Source of the DNA: the human T2T-CHM13v2.0 reference genome, Homo sapiens | DNA: 64,000 nt | Direction: 5' to 3' (one strand) | Assembly: GCF_009914755.1 (NCBI RefSeq) | Contig: NC_060942.1 | Shown here: in pieces, positions 53,141 to 64,000 of the stretch | Layout of the letters: the number at the start of each line of letters is the position of its first letter | Position numbering within the stretch: the first letter of the stretch is position 1 | The notes under the pieces: generated by a model | What the model saw: only the letters and a program-made list of their open reading frames with translations | What the model was told of the DNA's origin: nothing | Database searches by the model: none | Program-made: the position numbers and the translations under genes

Positions 53141-55204
53141 TCCCCAAACCATTTCAAACAGCTTTTCAGACTTGGAAAGTGAACAGTAAAAGAAGAAATA
53201 AAAATGTCAGAGCTGCTAGTTATAAGGTCTCAACATTATTAGCATGAACAATGGCTATCTATAAATATAAATACAAAGGTGCCAAACAGTCTAAATCTAA
53301 GAACTTGTCAGTACGCACTGCTGAAGCTCAAAGGTTAAGTTAACAAACACACACACAAACACTCATGTCACTATCAACACTACTTTGAACATTCTGAGAT
53401 GGAATACATGAATAAATGTTCCTAGCTAGTACAAAACATCAACAAATTAAAAATAAACTGAATTTACTCATACAGCTTATAATGCAGATATTCTGTATTA
53501 AAAGTGGAAGATGTATTAACAGTATGACCAAAAGAGCTTCACTGAGCCTTGTTCGAGACTATTGACACTTGATGTTCACATATAAAAATAATAACATTAG
53601 CAACCATCACGCAGTGCTAGCAGATTTAAGAGTACACTTGGTTTTAAGAAGGTTGACATGAAATCCCTTCTTGCTGAAGAAGATATACAGAGTCAAGAAC
53701 TAACTCATTAAGGTGAATTAGATCCCATGCTATTTTAGATACAACCCGATAGGGAGTGTGCATTTGAAAAGCTATTCAATCTTCAATCTATTTAATAACA
53801 TAAAAACCTTAGATTACATAGAGGACAAGTCTCTACCACATAATAAACCATCTTTATTCTTTCTCTTTTGCTATTTTTGGAAAACAGAAAAACACAATGT
53901 TGTCACATATTATACAGGGGCCATATTCCTGGAGTTCCCCCTTAATTCCAGACTAAACATAACAAGGAATGAAAGGTATTTCTGTTTACTCTATGAAGTG
54001 GAATATGAAAATTAATTCATCTCAACCACTTTGAAAATTATAGTAAACTTGACAAAGTAAAGATGCACATTATTTCACAACTTGTGCACAAAGTTTTACA
54101 CCTATCTTTATATGACAGTATTTTCAGTTTTGGAAATGTGATCACACTAATGCCAACCTTTCCTTGGTTTGTTTATGTAGAATTTGACATGGTTCTTCAA
54201 AATTTGTTTGAGGCAACAATCTAAAAAGGTCTATATGATTATTCTGTAAGTGGAAAAAATAATCAATTTTATTCTGAACTTGCCATTATCACTCTGGCTC
54301 AAAGGATGACAAATTTCTATCTTCCAGAGGAACTACCCTCCTCATTTTGAAGTCTTTCTATAATAGTAATCCCATGTTTTGTTTCATTCCAACTTTCAAG
54401 TACCCAGAACCAACAGACTTGGTGACAACCAATTCACATTAACATTGCTTTCCAGGGTACCTTAGCCTTTTTCAGGTGGATTACCTTAAACATTCCTCCC
54501 TCAGATCTTAAAAATAAAAGAGAACATTTACTATCTCATCTATATATTATCAGGATGCAGTCCTTGGGCTCTCCCAGACTTGTTTGATACCTGTGTTATA
54601 AGCACACACTGAGAGAATTAGCTGCCCCACCAGAATGCGGGACACATTAAGGCATCTACCATATTTTATGTGGGAGATGGAGTCACCACCATAATGACCC
54701 TGAGCTGCATTCAGAGCTGACATTGCAACTTTTCTGGAGGCATCTTGGGAACTGGTTGTTTAAACTTCCACCCCATCAGAAACTCCCCTCAAGGTACCAT
54801 TTCCCTGAGAATGCCATAAAAATGTAATGCAAGTAGGCTCCTCCCAACCCTCAACCAAAATAACGTGATAAAGTTAAAGTCCACTTTAAGGCCTCCAGTG
54901 TATCGACCTCCATAAGAAGCCTAGTAGGCAGAGGCGAATCAATAGACTAGGAAACACGGCAACTAACCAGACAGTTAATCCAATCTTCACAGAATCATAG
55001 ATAGGGTGAAAATTGGGATGTGATTTGGGAACACGGCTTAGAAGAGAGCTGGAATTCTGTAGGTCAAGAAAACATATGGTAAACTGATAGTTATACCACC
55101 CTGTCTACATAAGGAAGTTTGCCAAGAGTAAAAAGTTGCATAGAAAGTATAGTATTTTCAACTACTGTTATTCCACCTTACAAGTTCAACTACAACTACC
55201 ACCT

Positions 55205-55385
55205 TTATAATTTGTAAAGTGCTTTCACAGTTATTATCTCATCTGAACCATATTACAACCCTATGAGATAGGTATAATTATCCCTGTTTTAGCTGCTAAA
55301 GCTTGAGAAAGTAGTTGCTAAGGAGCAGAGGTGGGATTTGCACTGGTATGTCACTGATTCCAAATCAGATGCTCTCATTCCATGG
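55205..55385 (-). mobile_element. MIR
   Basis: aaagtgctttcacagttattatctcatctgaacc...acaaccctatgagataggtataattatccctgtttta. Confidence 0.8.
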
Positions 55386-56909
55386 CACCAGGTTGTCTCC
55401 TGTAGCATGAGACTATAATCGACCAACACAAAAAGGAGACAGGGAGAGGATGCCGACCAAACTGCCAAGCTAATGCATCTGAGAAGGGAATACATACAAC
55501 TAGCCTGTCCTCCATTCCTGGGCTGGACGCTTCACTAAACCAGACGACAAAGCCTTCTGGAATACCTGCTGTGAGTTGGGCACTGTGAAGGCAGTATGCC
55601 CACTCCCAGCCCTCACAGAGCTCATGGTGTAACTGGGGACAACAAAGTGTAAACAAGTAGTTAAATGTCACAAGATAAATGTAGGGGAGACAAAGAGGTA
55701 GTAAGGCAGCATGTCAGGAAATGGTAAACAACACATCATGTCACACCACGAATCATGAGCAATCCATCAGTGGTAGGATTCGAATTAAATTACAATTCGA
55801 TTTTACTTATTTATTATTTAGGAGACATTCTGTTTTTCAATTTTTTTTCTTCTCCACATCAGCCCACCCATTTTAAAGCCCCAAGCATTGATATGATTTC
55901 ATACCAATAATTTGGAGATAATGATTTGTGTCTCGGTTCTGCCTGCATGGATCTCCTTCTGATAATTTGGGGAAAGAATGATGTGTATCTCCCCTCTTTT
56001 CAGAGAGTGGCCTTGGGGATTTTATTCTTTGTTGGGGCAGGGTCTTAGCTTTTCTGACAGATTTAGGAAACAGGAAGACAGACATCCAGAACTGAAAAAT
56101 CTGTCAAACTCATTTTCTTTCACGGTTTTCTGCCAATTTTTGCTCCCTCCCTTTCTCTCTCTCTTTTTCCCCTTCTTTTGAGTAAGAGGAAGAGTTGGGA
56201 AAATACGTATGTGCCGGTTCCTAAAGGGACAGACTAATAAGTGCTGCTGAGCAAAAATGCAGGTGCGTACTAGTCAGAAGGTCACTCTCTGCTCCTTGGA
56301 GATGAAGCAGGAAGTCAAGCAGGAAAAGGGTAAGTGAATGCAGGCAGTAGAGAAGGCTAGTGGGAGGGACATTCTGTCCGTAACTGTCACACCATCATCA
56401 GAGCACTGAGGACAGAAGGCTGATTTTTGCCTTCCCAGGACTGCACAAGTCAGACCTTTTCCCCCTTCCTCCATTTCTCATCTCCCCATTAGCCAGAAAG
56501 CAGGAAAGAATTAAACCTATTTTATTGCTAAATAATTAACAAACCACTGGCATTCTGACAAGTTGGCATGCATTTTCTTAATCAGCAACCCAGTAATTTT
56601 GTTTCTAAGCTACTTAAGATAAATACTGTCACTTAAGTATTCTAGATGAGCCTATGTCCACTATCCATTTCCTTGCAGTAGCTTGAGTAATGCTTTCTCT
56701 CCCTTCGAGCTTCCTTCTAACCCAAGTTTGGTTTCTTTTCACACTTAGGGATTACACTATTAACCCTAAAGGTAGCAATAATATGCCTAGGATAGTTCCA
56801 TCAGAAAAAAATGACGAGGTTTATGCGACTTTTAATGATACAATTACTCTTCGAAGATCCTAGGAACTCAAGTTACAATAGAGATAATGACATTGCTCTT
56901 GATAAGGTC

Positions 56910-57530
56910 ACCAATGACAGCTTAAGCCTAATTACTAAAGTCAATGATTCTATAGAATTCTTGTCAAAACATAGCAATGTTTGACAGAGAATCACTTATT
57001 CTCTCTGCCTTGAAACTCCCTCTCCCCATGCACCTTGTCCCCAACTATCAGGTTCTCATTCTCTCCTTCTCCTCTCCCATTTTCGTGCGTTTTCCTTATC
57101 AGTCTCTTCTACCTCTCTCTTGGGTATGGGTGTGTTCCTAGGCACCCTGGATGAATTTTCTTTATATGCCATAAAAAGCCCTTTCCTAATCACCTACCTG
57201 TCCACAACACTAGCCTTATGTGACCGCCATACCACATGCCTTCCAGCTTCTAAGCAGTGCTGTGCTTGTCCTGCACTGGAGCGCCTGTATTCATGTGGCT
57301 CTGTCTTTCCTCTTCAGTGCCTCCTATCCCCTTCGACAGGCCTACTCAACCCGGAAGATCCCACCTGGCATAGTTGTTCTCTGTCCTTTTCCTTACCACC
57401 ATCTGTAATCATGCACTTGTTAACTATCTGTCCCACTAGTTCCTTCAGGTCATGGACTCTGTTAAACACTTGTATCCTCTACAATGCAGCAAGTAACCAA
57501 TTAAGAGTTCTGAATAATAAAGTAGGTTAG
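56910..57530 (+). mobile_element. L2 fragments
   Basis: aaggtcaccaatgac...agcaatgtttgacag...ccttgaaactccctctcc. Confidence 0.55.
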
Positions 57531-58659
57531 AACATCATGTCCAAATAATAGAGACTAAAAACCAACTAAAAATTTTCCATACAACTTTTACATAAAACAC
57601 AGGAAGGCTTTCTGAGCTTTATGATGTACTTCCTATTCCAATGCTTTATTTTTCAAACAAAAGTAATCAACAAAATAACCTTAGTTGTTTATACACAAAG
57701 CAATAATTTCTGCTTTACGCAAAGAGTAGTATTTGAACATGAAAGCGACAACATATGTTCAAAATAAAAATCTATCAATGTTCAAAAGTATATAAACCCT
57801 AGTTGGAGTCATGGGTTACACACACACCTTTATTGTATGTGTAGATCTATATACACACATATATACTCACACATACATACTCATCTAGCATCCCTATTAC
57901 TGTCTTAGCTGTCAGAATACCAACTGTCAATAATGTCACATAAATTACATAGACGGTGGCACAGAATTTTTTTTTTCAAAATATAATCATTTTATAGATG
58001 CACATAATACAGAGGATACTGCAAGAATACCAATGAGAATCATCATGCCAGTAATTTGGATTACATTTCCTTCAGTTCTCTAGTGTAAACAAATCTTCTT
58101 CCAAATAGCCCTATTAGTAAATGAAATATTTACTACATCGATAAATTTGCCAAAAAATTTACTGGCCCAACATGTTTTCAATGTAGAGAAGTTCATTTCA
58201 CAAGGTATTTATTTCATATCCATTGTCAAGGTTCCCATACAATGAGGGCCTTTAAAAAGCTTAAACGGGTTCAAGTTCTAATGACATTTTTTGAGTTTCT
58301 ATTTTTAAAAAATCAATATAAAGATAGGATCTCTTAGTTGATTGTTTTTTCCTTGCAAATTGTAAATCAAACCTTGAAGATATAGAAAATAAAGATACTA
58401 TTTTAAATTCTGCTTTTAAAACTGTCCCTTACAATGAGTCTTTACATTTTTACATCTCTTAAGGTGGGGGGATAGTGTTACTAAAAGGGTGACCTTGAGC
58501 CCTCTTAGCTTACTAAAGGCAGATGATAGAATCTACTCTGCTGAGATTATTGTAAAGATGATGATGTATGAGAAGCATTTGGACTGGTACCTGGTAAACA
58601 GATATGTTAAACACATTTATTGAACTGACAAAGTAATCAAGCTACTAGTGGGGGTGTTA

Positions 58660-58880
58660 CAGGCTCTGGAGTGAGAATATCTGTGTTCAAAATCAGTTTG
58701 ATATTCTACTAGCCATGTGACCTTGGGAGGCATTTACTTAATATGCCCGAGGTCCACTAGCCTTATCTGCAAAAAAGTGTTAACCAGACAACCTTGCTCC
58801 TGGGGTTGCTGCAAGATTCGATGAGATAATGCATACAAAGGGCTCAGCACAGTGTTTAGCCATTCACTATCTTGTTATTT
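58660..58880 (+). mobile_element. MIR
   Basis: aggctctggagtgaga...actagccatgtgaccttggg...atgagataatgcatacaaagggctcagcacagtg. Confidence 0.85.
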
Positions 58881-59329
58881 ACATTGTATTAATATCATTA
58901 GCACGTCAGAGGTGGTGGGAAGCAGGAAGATTTGCCCAAAAAATTCTGAGAGACTACAAATTCTCTGCAAGAATTTTTAAAATTAATTTTTGGTTTTTAT
59001 TCATATAATAATTTTTGAAGTTAACAAAAATACTTAATGACAACTTGTATTTACATGAACAAAGAGGTACAAAGTAGTCATGTAAAGGTGAACTTAATAT
59101 GTGGATGACACTCACTTCTCAAGCAAAGATCAAATGAGGCCATTCCTTGCTGTATGAAGGCCTCAGCTAGTTTGAATAAGGAAAGCAGTGAGGAACTCAG
59201 CTGTCATGACACATGCATACATGAGAATGCTGAAGCCACCAGCATAACTGTGCAATGTTATTTTTAATAAAACATTACTATCCACGACATTAAATTAACT
59301 CTCTAATTCCAGTTTTAATGGGTCTTTAG

Positions 59330-59473
<144 letters not shown>

Positions 59474-61209
59474 TAGTTTTTTTGGGTGTGTTTAAAATTA
59501 TTTTGCTTTTAAAACTTATGAGCCATATATTATAGTAAAGGCTTAACTAGTTTTATATTTTACATGTTTATAATTATCATAATATAATTTAACTCCTAAC
59601 TAAAGGAGGCCCTTTTTTTTTTTTAACTATTTAAATCTTTTTATTCATCTTTGTTGAACAGCTTTCTCCATCTGGTTTCGAGAATTCTTGGCTAAAAATT
59701 ATGGGGTTCAGCCTAATCATTAAAAAAAAATCTTGTCAAATTCTGCCATATTTCAGAATTGAGAAACTTGTGAAGTAAAAATAAGAGTATAAATTAGAAC
59801 AATTTAACTGACCTCACTGTTAACACACTGAGTTAACAGTGTGTCAAAAAATGAGTATTGGAAAGGGAATCATATATTTGAGATTCTGGACATTCTTTGA
59901 CTCAAATTAGCCACTGTGGGGCAATTCACATCTTCTTTGGGCTTCAATTTCCTCATCTGTTAACAGAGTATCCTATTAATAGAGTTTATTCACTCATTCT
60001 ATAGTTTTGTTATTTTCTTTCAGCACCTTTATTCTAGTGACTATACTGAGTTCTACAGATACAACATGAAGTAAGACACAAATAGTTCTCTGAAGCAGCC
60101 CACATTCTATGGGAAGAAAGCACATAAAGTAAAAAGTGCTGTGATAGAGGTATGTCCAGAGTCCATATGGGATCACATACATCTCAAGGGATGCATACAA
60201 TATGAGTGCACAGAGTGCTAGATAGCAGGAGTGTGGGAGGTGTGTCCCACCCGTGTCTGAGCTCCTAATAGAGCTTCAGTTTCTCTGGTCCAGTTCTGTG
60301 CCCTAGCAAGACTCATCCTTCTATTTCCAGGGCCACACACCCGATTCCAGAGGCTTAAGAGTGCTCTGAACTATTGAAAATGGGTGGAAAAGGTCTCCAT
60401 GGGATGAACAAACAGGGAACTGACATGTTGCTGGGCAATGGGCAATGATCTAGATATTGTCAGCAGGTCATCCTCATCAGGCTACAGTGAGAAGGGTCAT
60501 CTAATTTTCCAAGCGATGCACAGTGCTTTCTCAAACAGAAAAGGCTGGTATCCCAGAAAGCCCTTCCGTGGCTTTGTGCTGCTCCCTGGCACTAGCAGCT
60601 GCAGGACATTTGCTCCCAATGAGTCAGCATTCTCCCTTTGTAGACTCTATCTCTGCCTATCTGCTTTACTGTGGAACCTTCAGATAGTCAAGGGAAGGAC
60701 CAGATCTCTTGCTCTTAACACCTTGACCACAGATCTTTAAATTGAACAACAAAGAATTTCTCATACGGTACTCTGGTTCTGATCTAAAAACTTGCTTTGG
60801 GATGAGGAATACAGAAAGAATGGTAATTCTTCTTATTTACCCTACCAAGGGAGATAGGGTAAGTAAGAATTGAACACAGTGGTCAATTCCAAATATCATT
60901 TCATCATACGAGCTGTTGTTATTTGTGATATTACTAGCAGCCAGATCACACCATCTTCTTTAGCAATCCATTCTGCCCCTAGCATCAAAGCTTTAAAATG
61001 GAATGAGGTACCTTTCATAGACTCACAAAAATCCAGCCTTCTTTATGTAGCAAGTTTAGATAAGTGATATGATTTGTTCAGATTCATACAGCAGAACCAA
61101 GGGTAGATGTCACTTTCAAGTTCAGGCTTCCTCCCAGACCAATTACTATTTTATTTTATTTTTCTAGACTAACATTTTGTTACCTGCTGATGTCTTGTTT
61201 GTTGCACAA

Positions 61210-61435
61210 TCTTTAAAGTCAGATTGTTTTCTTATCCCGGCCTTACTATTTGCTAGCTGGATGTACTTGAGCAAGGCACTTTACTTCACTGAGACTTATA
61301 TTCTAATCTGTTAGATAGAGACTCACATCTGGGGGAAATAATATATGCCCCTTATAATCACTGTGATGATTATATGATTTAATTCATATAAAGGTTTTAG
61401 CACAGTGACTTGCATATGATAATTGCTCAATAATT
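61210..61435 (+). mobile_element. MIR
   Basis: actatttgctagctggatgtacttgagcaagg...tttagcacagtgacttgcatatgataattgctcaataa. Confidence 0.75.
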
Positions 61436-61456
61436 TTTTAACATTTTAGATACAGT

Positions 61457-61684
61457 TTTTTTTCCTTTTTTTAAATTATACTTTAAGTTCTAGGGTACAT
61501 GTGCAAAATGTGCAGGTTTGTTACATATGTATACATGTGCCATTTTCATGTGCTGCACCCATTAACTCATCATTTACATTAGGTATATCTCCTAATGCTT
61601 TCCCTCCCCCCTCCCCCCACCCGACGACAGGCCCCGGTGTGTGATGTTCCCCTTCCTGTGTCCAAGTGTTCTCACTGTTCAATT
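61457..61684 (-). mobile_element. Young L1PA 3' end (heavily 5'-truncated)
   Basis: ttatactttaagttctagggtacatgtgca...ccctcccccctccccccacccgacgacaggccccggtgtgtgatgttcccc. Confidence 0.95.
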
Positions 61685-62529
61685 GAACAATGAGGAGGCC
61701 CTTTTCATTTATCAAGCTTGAGAAACATTGTTTTCAGGAAATGTGTGGATTAATTTATCAGATCTCTCACAAAATTATAACCAAATAAAATAACTCTGCA
61801 AATCTGATAGATGGAAAAGCAAAAGAGTATGAAAATTAAATGCTATAATGCATAGGAAATACTCTATATAGTAGCTGTCACTTGCCTTGATAAAAATTTG
61901 CCTTTATCATTAGCATAATTATCTTAATCATTAGTCATCATCAACTATGGAAGCACCTATTCATCTTCTACTTTAGTACCAGGGAAGGAAAAGTGGGTAC
62001 TAAACAATTTTCATCAAACAGCCAAATTGGTAATAAATGTTAATTTTGCCTTTCCTATTTTAAATAGTTACTGTTGTCTGGAACACTGGCCACACTGCTT
62101 GCTGTTTTAAGCCTACTAAAACTGGTAAAAGCCAACTACTGAGTAATGGCATAGTATTCTGCTTGTTTACAATCAGAAGGTTGTAAGCAGAAATCATAAT
62201 CTTTGGAGTTAACAGTCAAATAATGAAGTACATCAAAGATTCACAGAATCTCCTAAACGAACAACATGAAAATTTACAAAGGAAGATGTTACCGGATCAG
62301 AAATTAAAATAAGACTGAATGAAATCCTTTAATAAGAAAAATAATCAGTGCAAGAACATTCAACATTCCTGCATATGTTAGACCAAGGCATCTGTCAGTG
62401 TGGTCTGAAATCCCAGAAATGTCATCATTTTTTAACTCTAAAAGTCCTCCAAAATAGAGGACTAAGCAGAAAAAATGAAAACAAACTGCAAAACACGTAT
62501 CCTATTCCCAAAGAAAAAGAAATAGTGAG

Positions 62530-62861
<332 letters not shown>

Positions 62862-63479
62862 TCATTAACATTTAAGCTTTGCAAAATCTGGATACCAAAT
62901 CGAATCTGTGGCTATTGCAAGGACGTGTTTTTACCACAGCTTTATCAACATCAAAGTTGGACATAAACTTTGTATCAAAAGATATCCCTCCCACAGAATA
63001 TATTCTGACTATTTGTAAAATGTCCTTCATGCAGGACAGATTACATTCCTTTTGCATTTCTGCTTGTCATGAAAATGAAGTTCAAAGTTAAAATTTTAGA
63101 GTATGCTTCTCAAGATACATTCTGTGCCTCAGAACTCTCTAGGTTAACTGACAGGATCCTCCAGCGCTGAGAGAACCCCAATCAGCTGTTGACCTCCTGG
63201 AACTGTGCAAACACTATATGATTTAATATATATAAGCAAAGTAGTGATGTACACATATAAACGAAAATGGAGATTCATTAACCTCAATGTCTTGATAAAA
63301 ATAATAGGGTATCTGAACTTCAGCAATGGGAAAGGTAGAGTGTTGGGGAGGAACTTAACTAAAGATAGATTAAGACAGCAGAGACCATAGTTGGTGACTC
63401 ATTAGGATACTGAGGCGATGGAGGGCAATGACGCTATTTCTGACTTCAGGACAAAGTACCAACTCCTAACAGTGGCAGT

Positions 63480-64000
63480 GTCGGCTCTTCCTGACCTTGC
63501 CTGCCTGCCTCAACTCCCTCATATTTGATATTCCAGCTATACTAAATTCTCCCTTCCAATACAGTGCTCCTCCAAGCACCCAGGCATTTGTACATTGATT
63601 TTTTTTTTTTTTGCATGAAATACCCTTCTCTAGCTGAAAAACTTCTACTTACCTTTTAAGACCCTAACATGTCCACACAATAACAGTTTTCTATACTCCT
63701 CGCCCCAGCAGTTTAATCCCAGTCATTTATGCAGACAAAGTGTGCTGCTCACTCTTCCACTGTGAGCATGCTTATTTCACATTTGGTTGAACAATCAAAT
63801 TCGTGCTAACTTAGAAAGGGATTTTTCCTCTGGACATTAATAATAACCTCATTCCTCCACACACTAATCAGAGTAGAGCCTACTTTCAACTGTCATTATC
63901 TGCTTATCTTGTTTTACTAATGGGCTGTTGGTTCCTTAAGTCTTCAGGAATGTTTCTCATTTAACTCTGTACCTAGCAACTTAGTAAATCCTCAGCAAAT
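63480..64000 (+). mobile_element. L2 3' fragment
   Basis: tgaccttgcctgcctgcctcaac...ttccagctatactaaattctc...ctctgtacctagcaacttag. Confidence 0.55.

Noticed and set aside
57120-57530. Longest ORF (136 aa)
   Set aside because: Non-ATG start, lies in L2-like sequence, no recognisable domain.

Overview
AT-rich primate (human-like) genomic DNA with no recognisable protein-coding exon, RNA gene or CpG-island promoter. It is most likely the interior of a large intron; the visible A>T skew on + and the + orientation of the L1PB/ERV1 elements suggest a host gene on the minus strand. The ORF track is explained by Alu, L1 and ERV remnants and by chance ORFs. Repeat content: ~13 Alu/Alu-monomer copies, a 5'-inverted L1PB, several L1 3' fragments, a decayed two-LTR ERV1 (MER4/MER57 group) provirus with nested THE1 and Alu, MaLR LTRs, L2, MIR and microsatellites. 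I found no evidence for a new protein-based system. The most unusual signal is a set of short, non-tandem copies of local sequence: (i) a ~160-bp inverted copy of 24823-24981 fused to the 5' end of an L1PB at 27843-28003, possibly capture of local nascent RNA during retrotransposition; (ii) an A-B-A'...B' templated duplication at 32.8-35.5 kb with micro-templated junctions; (iii) an older direct copy at 9168/10879. There are also atypical retro-insertion junctions (twin priming, a fold-back, an internally primed Alu) and a candidate CpG-retaining enhancer with possible + strand spliced exons. Subfamily calls are by eye from remembered consensus sequences and need RepeatMasker/Dfam confirmation.
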